Positions 34,091 to 46,800 of a stretch of 64,000 nucleotides of DNA are shown piece after piece (positions within the stretch are counted from its first letter, which is position 1; each line of letters begins with the position of its first letter). The notes under the pieces were generated by a model that searched no databases, was not told the DNA's origin, and saw only the letters and a list, made by a program, of their open reading frames with translations. The DNA is from Pocillopora damicornis. Taxonomy: Eukaryota. Position numbers and translations under genes: made by a program. The stretch is taken from NCBI RefSeq assembly GCF_003704095.1, contig NW_020846063.1, forward strand, positions 868,001 through 932,000, given 5' to 3'.

Positions 34091-35469
34091 ATGTCAGCGT
34101 TAGTCACTCTCCTGGTCCTTCTTACCATCCATTCCGCTGAGACATGTGACACTTTCAAACCAATCAAAAACTACGTGCTGACTGGTCACGTAATTAAAAC
34201 CATCCGAGACGTCAACTTCGAGAAATGTACATATCGCTGTGAGCTTGAAGCCAAATGTTTCAGTATTAATCTTTACACAAAGACCAGCAAGTGTGAATTG
34301 AACCATGGCAGTAAGGAAATGTTTCCAAGTGATTTCAAGGAGGAACTGGATGCTCTTTATATTCATAATATCAGAAAGGACACCGGTGATCCGTGTAATG
34401 CGCTGTACTGCTTGCACGGCGGCTCTTGCAATCCGTTTCCACAGCCAAACTGCATGTGCCCCGTGGGATTCGTGGGATCGATCTGCCAAAACATTAGTAA
34501 GGACTGAATTATTCATTGATTTATAATTTTTAATAACACTTCTATATTAAATTTTAAGCATCGGCAAAACTTGTCAGCTCGCTAATACATTTTCCTGTAG
34601 CTTTATCCCTAGAGGCCATTGGAATCCAAGACGATGATATTATCTTTGACGATAAACTTACGTCCAGTACAGCCGCTGTTGGCCATGAAGCATGGCGGGG
34701 CAGGCTACATGGTAAGGGCAGCTGGAAACCAGTTTTAAGTGACTCGGACCCACGCTTCGAAATCGGCACTTTCAATCCAGCTGTGAACATAAGTTACATT
34801 GCAACTCAAGGAGCTCCTGATCAAGACTGCTGGCCAACTTCCTTCGCGTTGCGATACGAAACCGCTGGCCAATCAAAAGAATACCCCCAGGTAAGTAAGA
34901 CAATTTCGAATTAGGAATTTATCGCATGCAGTTATCCAAAAAAGAAAAATTGTATTTATTTCTTTTTCAATTGTATAGCAAATCAAAGGTCTACCTCGAT
35001 ATAAGCGGTTACAGTGACCGCTAGTGCTATTACGGTAAGCGTCCACCAAATTAAGCAATTTTGACGAAAACATCCCAAGTCGCCAATTTAAATAGAAACT
35101 TAACCTGGGTTTGAGCGAGTCTGCAAAAAAACCTGCCTTCTGTACTCAAAAGTTGGTTAGATTGTATCATTTTCACAAAACCGAGAAACGCACGCGCAGT
35201 GTTATTAAGTGAGAGCGTGAAAACCTGATATTTCTTGAGTTTCAGAGGCAAATTTAAGTCGCACAGACAAAAGTGTTAGGGTTCCAAATCGACCTCATAT
35301 TTATTTTCATTGAAAACCTTTCTACTTTCAGATCTTTGCAGGCAACATTGACAGAAATACAGTGATATATAACCCCTTGAAACCGGCTCTTGGCAACGTG
35401 TCGAAATTAGTTATCAGACCAGTTTCCACGAATGGCTGCATAGGTCTTAGATTAGAGCTTTATAAATGA
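34091..35469 (+). CDS. Secreted PAN/Apple-EGF-F5/8C protein, paralog 3
   Basis: Exons 34091-34496, 34601-34890 and 35332-35469. Signal MSALVTLLVLLTIHSA; PAN NYVLTGHVI..EKCTYRC..CFSIN..CELN; EGF DPC..CLHGGSC..CMCPVGFVGSIC; F5/8C IG..LTSS..GRLHG..SW..IATQG..IFAGNID..IGLRLELYK*. Confidence 0.86.
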
Positions 35470-35949
35470 TGCTGTGTTGGAGACGTATGATAAAAGAAAC
35501 AAAGCCATCTAAACAGGGATTGAAAAACGGAGATGTCTGTCATCTGGAAATGGACGAGCTCAAAACCAAATCTAAAACTTTCTTTCTTTCCTCATCAGGT
35601 GATGAAATGTTTGTAAGAGCTCAAGATTTGCGCTGAAATTTTATCTGTTCTTACGGCAAATACATGACACAAAGTTTATAGAAACCTCATCCGAGCTATT
35701 AACCAGACATTTGTCGTAATTTAAGCTTCAATGAAACATTATATTTAATGGTACTTGATAAAACTGTTTCTGTCAAGCTGATTTTCTAAAAGTGGTGACT
35801 TCACTGAGTTTACTCGGTATCACTTCGAGTAATCGGTAATTTATCTATATAACTTATTAAAGCTGTCAAGAAATTCAAATCACAATGGTATTATTCCATT
35901 TCTGGTGCGAATGAAGCTGTTCGCTTATCTATCAAGTGCTGAAATAAAC

Positions 35950-36462
35950 CAAATTTCTTCCACATCGCAGCCCTTTTCACTAATTAACGTGCCTCTAGAA
36001 GAAACTATTCAGATTTTAGCATAGAAAGCATTCAATGGGAACTGGTTTAACAACATACACAACCTTAACATCTTCGAGGGCGACCCTAATCAAGCTGCTT
36101 ACAATTGCAACTAAAGACCAGCTTTTCCAGTTTAACGGTGATTTGTACAAACAAATAGACGGCGTTGCCATGGGCTCACCACTAGGACCACTAACGGTTA
36201 ACACCTTTATGTGCCCCATTGAGGAGAAACTTGCACATGAAAACAAGCTTCCCGATTTCTACAAAAGATACGTCGAAGACACCTTCGCTTTGGTACCCGA
36301 CCTTGCCGCTGCTACTGATTTCCTTTCAGTTCTGAATGATGCTCACCCAGCAATCCAATTTACAATGGAAACAACAGTCAACAGCAGCTTACCTTTCGTA
36401 GGCATGGTAATCAACAAGATCGATTACCGTCTCAACACCTGTGTCTACAGAAAAAAAGACCA
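35950..36462 (+). mobile_element. Decayed Penelope-like retroelement reverse transcriptase fragment (truncated by gap)
   Basis: LFTN/VPLEETI, FQFNGDLYKQIDGVAMGSPLGP, RYVEDTF (degenerate YVDD), IQFTME..LPF..VYRK is the PLE-type RT motif series. There is an in-frame stop and frameshifts near 35985-36085. Confidence 0.85.
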
Positions 36463-36590
36463 NNNNNNNNNNNNNNNNNNNNNNNNNNNNNNNNNNNNNN
36501 NNNNNNNNNNNNNNNNNNNNNNNNNNNNNNNNNNNNNNNNNNNNNNNNNNNNNNNNNNNNNNTATTGGTGCTAGCTTTCCAATTTCTTAC

Positions 36591-37017
36591 TTTGACAGCG
36601 ACGCCCAGTGTAACCATCAAGACAATTGCAATTCAAGGTCGGACCCATGACACATGTGCTTCCATTTTCACAGGGCATACTTTCACAAGTATCACGATCA
36701 TGGTAATACTGGCGGATCACCATGTCCAAATAAACTGCTCCCTTCTGTTTCATAACATCTTTTGGGAAAGAATCCTTGGTTGCTCTGTTGAGTTGACAGG
36801 TTCCTCGCGATGGCATGAAGTTGATACTGAAACACTTTGGCTCAATTTCGCAAGAAAATGTGTAGCTCTCAAAAGTCTTGTGGTTTAGAGTCCGTATCAC
36901 GTGACCAGTGAGAACGTGATTGGTATCTCGGAAACTGGAGCGGCAGACGTTAGAGCCAGCGGTGATCTTTGAAAACAGGAGGGTATGGAGTAAAACGAAC
37001 TCCAAATATGGAGACAT
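36591..37017 (-). CDS. PAN/Apple-EGF paralog 4, first coding exon only (inverted; possibly a pseudogene; remainder in gap or lost)
   Basis: Signal MSPYLEFVLLHTLLFSKITAG; PAN NHVLTGHVI..FESYTFSC..CFSINF..CQLN; EGF C..MPCENGSTC..CNCLDGYTGRRCQ. Ends at the same phase-1 donor (GTAAGA, 36590) as the paralogs. An acceptor lies just upstream of the ATG (~37029). Confidence 0.8.
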
Positions 37018-40000
37018 CTCTTACGTGACCTGTAAAATAAATAAGGTATAAATTCATTTGCGTTTCCAATTTCGGACCGAGGCTAGGGTGTGGTAAATTT
37101 GGTTAATTTAAGCAGTAACAAAGGGTACGTCATGAGTACCATGGTTTGATGCAGATAGAAGCACCTATCTTGAAAACCAAGCCGATTCGCATACTATATG
37201 TCATTTTCAGCCTTAGCCCCATGGAGGATCTCTTGTATACTCCATTTAAGCAGACTGATTACATAACTTCCTTTTAAAAGGGGCCTTCGCTGTATAAGGT
37301 TTCATTAACTTGCAGCATACCAAGTGCAAAATTTGAGGGGGAGATTTTTCAGCCCCCTAGAGTATATTTCATCTATTTGTATTTTTCCTTGAATAAATGA
37401 CAACGTTTTTATACACGAGATTTGTTGCAAATGTTATTACTTAAATAAAACTGCTTAAGATATGAAAAAAAAAACTTCCATCCAATCAATGATACCCCCT
37501 CGCGCCGACAGGTAACTTAAATTACTCTAAAATGAAACCGTAAACAAACTTTTACAGCGCTATTTTTCTAACTGAAACAAATCTGATTTGACTGGCTTCT
37601 CAGTGACAGCGGGGAACCGGGAAAGTATTTGATCAATCCGGTAAAATGGTGCGCCTCGCACTAAATTACAATTTTCCTAACAGACCTAAAATAGTGTCTT
37701 TTTCGATTCTTTTGTACTATGACGAGTTTATCAAAGGTAAGACTCATTTAAACTAATCAACCATCCTGATCATTTCTATTTAACATAAAACGAAAACCGA
37801 ATCGAGGTTTTACTCGATCAGTCGTTCACCACAAATATCTTCAGCTAATTAGAAATGTGCCTCATTCAGGCTTGACATCCAGAGGTTTGAAGTACAAATA
37901 TGCCGGGTTCGTTTTCATTCTTGATATGGAAGTTGGAGTCAAAATAATCCTTTCTTTAAGTGCTAGCGGCCAATTCGTTATTCTTGTCATTAACTCCAAT
38001 CCCCGATAAAATAAAAAAACATGTTCGAAAAGCGGGTTTATACGAAAAAGAAAATGACAATTTAAAACCTAAAACATAAAAAAAAAGGGAAACACTGGAC
38101 ACTTTACCTGTTCCGGTCCTTTCGAGTTCTTTGCGACATCAAAATCCTTGCCACTATTTTTTTCTGCTTTTTTTTAATAAAAAAATATCCTGAATTTTTC
38201 ATAATTTGCCAAATTTGACAGAATGAATTCATACTTCAATGCAGAGATTGACTTTTTCAATAGCTGTTAACGTGAAAAGAAAACAAGCTGAATAACTCTC
38301 GTTATTAAGTTTTCACCGCGCTTGCGTTGGCAATTGTTACAATTTACTCATGGCACTCTTTATTTAGCTACTGACAATATCGAGTCGTTCTTCGTGATTC
38401 AAATCAGACTGTTCATGCCTGTGTCCATTTGAAAAGTTAACATTGGTTGATGGAAAAATTATTGATATTGGTTGATTGATGAAATTATTGAGCCTGTCAG
38501 TATCATTAAATATTACTTTCGTTACGATTCGATAAATTCTCCAGCAGCTTTTTAAATAATGTAAATTTGGGAAAGCATGGGTAATTGAGAGGAGGTTTCT
38601 CAGTTGCCATCTGCATTCGTGGCAAAGATATACATTGAGGAAGTTCCTTAAATATTGAACTAACTGCACTACTGTTTGTTTAGATAATTGTGATGAAAGA
38701 ATCAGAGGGTATACTGCTACTGAAACAATGCTTGTATGACAACGAATTAAGGACTTAATGTTTCTACACTTTGCAGTAATTCTACACTTTGTATCGGATC
38801 TCATCAATAAACGAGCATAAAAACTATTTTAAAATGCGGGATTTTTAAAAAGCGACTTGTCTCACCCCCAACCAAGTCCAGTGATACAAATCAAGAGAAT
38901 ATCAGCCGTTGTTATTCTCTTGTACAAATCATATATCAAATTGCTACTTCCAGCTACCGCAAAATGTACCATGGACCAATGGAATAACGCGCGTGATTAG
39001 TGCCAGTGTGGGCATAAATGGGCTAAGTTTAACCCATCATGTCTGTTAAACAAGAGCGGTGACCTATCTTTCTTATTGTATTTTTCGAAACAGACATTGG
39101 TAGGGAACATACCCATAGCATACTACGGGTTGAGGTTATTTTGAGAGAATACAAGCCCTATGCGTTACAATCCTTGCCAAGCAAATACATTAAATGGAAA
39201 CCTCACAAAACCATATATATTCATAAACAGCATTAAATTCTTTTTCATATAAGGTGCAGATATTATAGGATATATGAGATCACATGACATCACGGCGTGT
39301 ATAATTTGAATAATTATGGAAATTTTCTAAAGACAATGAAAAATTCCTTTCAAATCCGTAATGTTGCAACAATTGATTATTCGCAAGTTATAACTCAAAA
39401 GATAACATGCAGCAAAAGTGTCCTCCAACTTAACAGTTTGCAAATTAGTGCCTAAATAAGCTACCTTTTTACATGTGAAAAAATAAAAATATATAAATCT
39501 GACAAGGGAAACAGTTTTTACCTTAACTTAGTAAAATGTTTAAGACCTCAATGGAGATCAGTGACCGGCCTGGGCGCGAATAAGGTATGTTTGGTATATG
39601 ATACTCATACTTCTAAAAGTCCCCTCGAAGAGGAGAACGAGTTCACCGCTCTTTGCTTATCAACTCCTGAGTTACTACAGTTTGCGCGATGAGATAAAAC
39701 GTATGAAAAAAGATAATTACTGCAGAGTCTATGTATTTAGCATCTCTGTTCAAATTGTCGCCTCTGAAAATGTATCAACAAATAGAGTAAACAGATGGAA
39801 AATCAGGGAAAGTACCGCCCACTACTCTATTATTTGTTTAGAGTCACGCAAGATTTTAGCTTCCTCATACTGGACCTGAACTTGGGAGGTCAAGGTTAAG
39901 AATTACAGCCCCTCGAGCCACTTGGCCTCAGGCACGTCACCAACGCCTTTGAAAAACGTGAATAAACCTGTTTGGATAAAGTCTTATCCAGATCTGTTTC

Positions 40001-43000
40001 ATGATCCTGTTCACAGCAGTATAACCTGCGAGATTCGGACTGCAAACATTTTAATTGATACATGCATGTTCTAGCCATTACTAGGAGAAGTAATTATAAT
40101 GGATTTCTGACATTACATATATTCTAATCTAACAGGGCTAAATGCTTACCCTCTCCTACTCTCTTCGACCCTTCATTCATTTCTCTGAAAAAATCCAGCG
40201 GTTGTAAGGTAGATTTAAAAGTTGTAAAGTTATTCAGATGCCGTTTTAGGGTTCGGACGCGTTGGCGAAATATTCGTGCAACAGATCTCTGCAGCATACC
40301 TAAACCTGCTTCGAGCGTATTGTTTCAAAAACAAGTCACTATGAAATAGTTTTAGACACGACTTTTGACAATTCTTTTTTCGCAGGATCAAATATCTGTG
40401 CGATAATTTTCCATGTCAAACAACGTGATTTATCCCCGCCACATATTCCTCAGACTAATCCCGCGGTCCTAGCAACTTACGACCCCTCAACAGGTCATAA
40501 ATTTCCAATTTCGACATCCAGAATAAATCAATAATGGATGTCATTCATCACATCATGCATGTCATTTTACGAGCGCGGGTAAAACCGTCTCTTCCTGCCA
40601 TTTAGCTTTAGAAACAACTGATCTTTCGCCTTTATTAAACTATATGCCACTTGTGATTTGACTAAATTATTACAAAGAGCCATTACAGTGCGCGAAAATG
40701 GGTCGTTCTAGATTAGCATGATAAAGCGCCATATGTGAATCAAGTATGGCTAAACCGGGACATAATTATCATAAATTAAAATTATTTAATTACTCAAAGC
40801 AATCCAAAGAGAATGATTCAAACAAATTTTCAGCATATTTGTCGAGCTAATGTCACACAAAGGCGAGAAATATGTACTGCGAATGCAACAGATTACTATG
40901 GTTTGACAATGGTTTAGCACTTTCATGAAGAGTACTTCAAAACAGGGCGCGTTTCCAGTGGAGTTATTCCCTAGAGTGGTGAAAATGACAGATTCATGGT
41001 AAGTTACACGACTGCAAGCAAGAGTAAAGTTACATAAGGGGAAACGGGAAGCCAAATTTTGGGACTCGAAAGTATTAATGTTCTAACCAACAATTTTTTT
41101 ATGATAATATTGAGAAAATGTTTTACGTTCATTCCTGTTTAGAGTTTTCATTAGACTGAATGGTCAGTGCATTTGCATCTATTAGCCAGTTCCCTGTTGC
41201 ACCGAATATAAATAATAACACAACTTCTCAAGTTCAGGCGAATCTACTTCAGAAACTGTTTGATATTAATTCCAAAAGTTATCACGCATTTCTGCCGCAT
41301 CGTCATATACTGGCTTTACATTCATCCAAAGAGTCAGCTATGTTTGATAATAGTAGAATACCTCATGGGAAAGACACTTGCCTTCTTTCCACATAGGTTA
41401 ACCAGGTTCGTGCATTGTAAAGGACTCCCCATATACAGTAAATATGCGAAAAGTTTCTGATAATGTGATGCAGTTTAGTAGCGTAGTGTCAAAAACGTTG
41501 ACCTACTAGATGATATCTTGAGAGCAACTTTAATATTCACATTCGTCTCTCTTCATTCGGATCTAATTTTTCCCTCCTCTGATCTCTCTCTGATCCAGCA
41601 ATAACCGTCAGCCCATTAAACCATAATTTTCCAGAAATATAATGAAAAATGCCCGTGGATAAATTTTGGGAAGTTTAGGCAGTATTGAGGGAAATATTTA
41701 TGGCTCAGCAAGAAATGAGGGTGAACGTCCGAATGAAANNNNNNNNNNNNNNNNNNNNNNNNNNNNNNNNNNNNNNNNNNNNNNNNNNNNNNNNNNNNNN
41801 NNNNNNNNNNNNNNNNNNNNNNNNNNNNNNNNNNNNNNAATTTTACTCGTTGTTTGTATCCAAACCCACCACCTTAAAACTCTCTTAGCGAGGATTTTTG
41901 ACACTTGACTCTATATTCTTTTAATTAAATTTTTCTCTTCGTTTCTAGACAAGGTTTTTATCTGTAAACATTTTCTCTGTGGTAATATATTCGTTGCAGT
42001 TCAGCTGGTTTTATTGTGGCCCATTAAACCATGTAACTAGCCAATTTCCCAAAACGTCTAGTACACAAAAGCAAAGTGAATCTAGAGGTAACTCTGTGAT
42101 TTTTTTTGTTTCTCCGTTATAGCTGTATACGAGCTCCCTAAGCTGTCCTTCAATTTTATATAGATAAAATCTTTCACGATGAGCTCGAATCAAATATATT
42201 TTAACCAAAATTTCGATAGTTTGAGGTCGTTTGCCAGTCCCGAAAATGATTTAATTAGCATAGTTGTCGAAATGTGATGTTCACCTAAGCGTAATAAACC
42301 ACCATAACTGTAACTTTTGGAAGAGAAATGCATTATACAGTAAAAATTTATTCAGTTTACAATCAATTCAGTCTGTCTCTAACTCACCAATGTATTATCA
42401 ATTTTAAGCATTTTTACCATTTTTATGTCGCATGATAGGTTGTTTAATTCTGTTACGTATTTATTTAGTTAGTTATCATTTATTTTTTTATTTTAATCAT
42501 TTTTTTATTTGATTGTCTCCTGTGTTAAGCTGTGTAAAACTTAATTGAAAAGTGCTTGAGGCCTCGAAGATTCTTTGTCTCTGTTTTTAATTGCCGTCTG
42601 ATGGTTTACATCTTTCTTTCCTCCCTCTGCTTTTTCTTAAGAATAGTAAAATTTTCTGTATTCAGATAAACAAATATAACAGGAACAAACCAACACCATA
42701 AAATTGTGGAAATTTTCATGGTCATGCATCTGCACATTTCTATTAAGTGGAAAGAAAAAGCAGACTAATCTTTAATCATAACCATTACAATTTCCACCAA
42801 TATGATTGGTGCATTAGCTGCTTTATTTTTCACTAATCATTCTGTAGAACTACAACCAGACAGTTGGCTGTAATTGGACAGTTGAAGTAGTTATTCATAC
42901 TAAGTCCACTCAGCCAAATCCACCAATCACAGAATTAAACACAATAACCATAGCAAAAGCCACTTATCCTACAAAAAATTTAGGAATTTCCAAAATGGAG

Positions 43001-43089
43001 AAATTTTTTTTAATTTAGACATTGTCTCAACCGGGGATATTAGACCTAAATGTATTAATTATTTTTGGAAATTGAAATGGTTATGATTA

Positions 43090-43612
43090 ATTAGTAATAG
43101 GACTTCTTGTTGTCCAATTCTGTCGGCAATCATACTTGTGATTAACAAATTAGACTCCCACTCTGCGGTCATCCAATTTTGTTTGTCACTGGTATGATTA
43201 CAGAGCAAATTGGACTCCACTCAGTCCTATTATGATTACTAATCAAAACTATAACAAAACTATCAAACGTAATTAATTATCACCAGCCCAATTTTAACAC
43301 TGATAGGACAGGGTGGGCGTCATGCCTGTGTGACTAGTCAGTAAGTGTCTATCGTGCACGCTGTAGTTGCACATTTCCCCGAGTTAACTATTTTTTTTTT
43401 TTAAGAAAATGTTTAACAGATGTCTAGTTTCTTTCTCAACTTTTGTTTTGGTTTAGATTAATTGGTAACAGGACAGTGTGTTCAATTCTGTCTGTAATCA
43501 TACACATATTATTAACAAATCAGTCTCCCACTTTATGGTTGTTCTCTTTTGTTAATAACTTGTATGATTGCAGACTGAATTGGACTTCACTCAGTCCTAT
43601 TAATGTTATAAA
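43090..43612. repeat. Two copies of a ~150-bp palindromic MITE-like repeat (~43090-43242, ~43460-43612)
   Basis: Both have (AAT/AAC)AGGAC..CAATTCTGTC..AATCATAC..ATTAACAAAT..GTATGATT..AATTGGACT..CACTCAGTCCTATT with self-complementary arms. Confidence 0.7.
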
Positions 43613-43878
43613 TCATGGTGAATGTCAAATAAACAACACTTTTGTTTGTTAATCTGAAAACTGAAATTGGAAAAGAAAAAAGGAAATTAAAAGTAATGAA
43701 AAACTGCACATGTAGTCTTGAAAATGATGAAGTAAACATCAAATTTAAAGTTTAGGTATTTGTAAATAATGACTTTTTGAAAATTTATGTATTCACACAA
43801 AATTTCCACTCTTAATACATGTATGTTCACTCAATGACATGCAACGTCAATAAGTAACATGACTTTATTTTGTTACAG

Positions 43879-46800
43879 ATGACATTTCACTAAGCCAGAG
43901 ATTCAAATCCTTGCAAATGGAGGCTAAGGAATGGTTTGATAAGTTTTGCCAACAAGTAGAATTGGAAGGAAAATGCAAAGAGAAGGCTTGGAACATTTGG
44001 GTGTCTGTTTCCTCAAAAATAAAAGAAAAATCTGAGGTATATGAAAATTCAGAGGCTCATTTGCTTTTTAGTTTATTCAAAGAAGCAAATTTTAATTTGC
44101 ATCAAGATTGTGGTATAAATAATGATTTCAGATTCTGTGTTTTCTTACCTTCTTCAATGTGGATGTTTCAAACTCTTCCTCCATTATGTGTTTGAAATAG
44201 GCATTTTCACATCAAGATAAATGGAAAAATTTTGACTATTTCTATGAAATCAGATTTGTTAATTCTGTTAAATATTGTAAGACTTCAATTTAAAAACCAT
44301 TCCTAGACTTATCAAAGCCTTAAAGTAATCTTTTAACTCTAGAATCAGTTTCAACTAGAATGCTGAAACTTCATGTTGAGTCTTTAATTAAATGTGGCAA
44401 TTAAATCTTACTTTGTTTCCCTTGCAGAATACTTTAATTCCGTGGTTTATATGTGCCATATATGTTGCAAATTATGACACAAGGTCAGTATGCAGCTGAC
44501 ATGTAGAAGAATAGCTGTGAAATGAAAATCACCCATAATGAAAGAGTTACCCATACAACCCTTTTTCTGATATTCAGATTTAATAGCGTTCAAGATTCAG
44601 GTGCCACTAAAACTACCTGTTCATTGAGCAAGCTATTGAAGGAAGCTAAAATAAGGTAAGGCAAAACTGTTATAGACTAAGGTACATTAGTTTTATGAAT
44701 TTTTTGTGTGGTTTTTCTTTGTTATCATTTATGGCTGTACTCTTTTGAGGTTATATCATCATACAGTTATAGACAGAAAAATATTTTATACAAGTGAGGT
44801 TCATACTGTATGTTAGTGCAATGATATTTTCTTTCTGGCAGCATTGTGGAATTCTTCCAGAAGATGAAAAAGTTCAGTTCAGTTTGGGAAGTTGGTGCTC
44901 CTGTTACAGATCACCTTACTGAAGTAAAGAAAACATTTTGTATATCTGCAGCTCTGTTCCACAAGTTTCAAAGGTACATAACTTATTTATAGTCTTAGTT
45001 AACAATTTTTCCTTGATCAAGAAGGATGATATCTGACACAAATTTAGATTTAATTTTTTACTGCATCAGTAAAATTCTACCCCCATTGGTTCCATGGAAT
45101 CATAAAAAGTCTTTATTGTCCCATATGATATTTGTGATCCCATGTGACATCCTAAAACTTAACTTACAATTATAGTGTTGCAAATATATTTCCTAATGAC
45201 TGTAGTTATGGTGTCTGAGGCTGATGTTGATAATTAAACTTTATGTAATATTTTCATTGTTGCAGAGTAATGCCTGTGCTTTTTAAAGGTTGTCAAGACT
45301 TATGTGACAGGTATTAAAGAATTTTCCTTTTTTAGTAAGTTTATCATCATTTAAGTTACAACTTTTGTCATAACATGTTATAGCTGCTATGGTGCCGCTC
45401 CCCATGACAGGCACCATAAAAGGTAACAGGTATAGAGCTCTCTACATAATTCCTTTTCTTTTGTTTTCATGTTAATCAGCCTTCTTACCCCTGTCAATAT
45501 CTGTAAAAATAATGGAATTTTTGCTGAAAAACAAGACCAAGAACTCTGAATTGTATGCAATTTAAAGAATGACAAAGAGGCCCAAAAGTTAAACAAGAAG
45601 TCTTTGCAGGTTTTACAGAACAGAGGAAGCTACTACAGAAATGAAATGATGTGGTGTATTTGAATGATTTTGAGTTGACTGATTTTATTTTGACAGTGAA
45701 GAGAGAACAGAAACTATAAAAAAAACATGCTGGCTTTTATATCTAGTCTACAAAGGTACAGTGCTTCATTTTTTGTCATAATCTACATCTGCTTTTATCA
45801 TTAATAGTTTGATTGAATATAATCAAATTAGTTGGACTCGGTGTATTAATTTATATTATTATGTACTCATTTGTTTTAAAACCCTCTCTTTGCATTGCAT
45901 TCATCCATAAGTTGACTTTCTTTATAATTATTATCCATTGTGAAATACCGTAAACGTCCATGTATAAGCTGCATCCAAAGGGAGAAGTGTAACTTTTTTA
46001 GCCTCTTGTTTATGTTTTGTGATCATTTTTGTACCAGCTTGCTTAATATTGTCTCTTACTGATTTTAGGTCACAGTAGTTTGCTGATTTTCTTTTCTCTG
46101 ATAATCCATTTGCTGAAATTAATTTTGGGAATGCCCCCACCTGGAAAAAGAAAATAAAACAAAAAACAAACAAACAAACAAATGGTTAGCTCAAACTGGG
46201 TTTCTGCATTCTCCGGTTTGTATTTTCTGTAGGCTGGAATTCTAACCAGGTGAAAGAATTAATGACGGCATTCAATCTCTTGTTGTGCTGTGTGGATCAT
46301 GTACACAATAGATTTGGCCAACAGCTGCAGACAGGTGAAGGTAAAGTTTTCACTTAATTCAAAGTGGAGGACTCCAACTTCTGATTAATTTTAATCAGGA
46401 GTGATTTTGATATGCATACTTCATTTGTCAATTATCCACACCATTATATATCAATACTGACACTGTTCCTCATTGTTGACATATTTAGTTCTCTCTGGGA
46501 CAAATATCCGGGAAAGTGTGGTAAGTCAACATTTTTACTTAAAGTGAAATTAGAATCCTGTTTCTGCTGTGTAGGTCCTTAAAGTACTGTTAAAAATCAC
46601 TCACTCAAACTCTGTAACCTAAGCTTCCCACTGATGTGAACTGAAAGCTATTAGTTTAATTCATGACTCAGGCTTGGAGAGCATATGATCTGGTCTATCA
46701 GCTGGCTCAAACTCCCTGTGTCTTAAACTGATTTGTATTTTCCAGCAGGGTTGTCCTATACATTTGTCATACTTAAATCTTTAAAGTAAATATGTTTATA

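Noticed and set aside
35467-35640. TGA at the conserved Cys position of paralog 3, suggesting selenocysteine
   Set aside because: No convincing SECIS (AUGAN/NGAN core with apical AA) was seen downstream, and the partner Cys is also lost, so a true stop is more parsimonious.
38364-38807. 147-aa ORF on -
   Set aside because: No recognisable domain, signal or splice context. It could be a decayed element but this is unsupported.
40015-40050. YNLRDSDCK-like peptide reminiscent of a LINE 3' end
   Set aside because: Too short to support a call.
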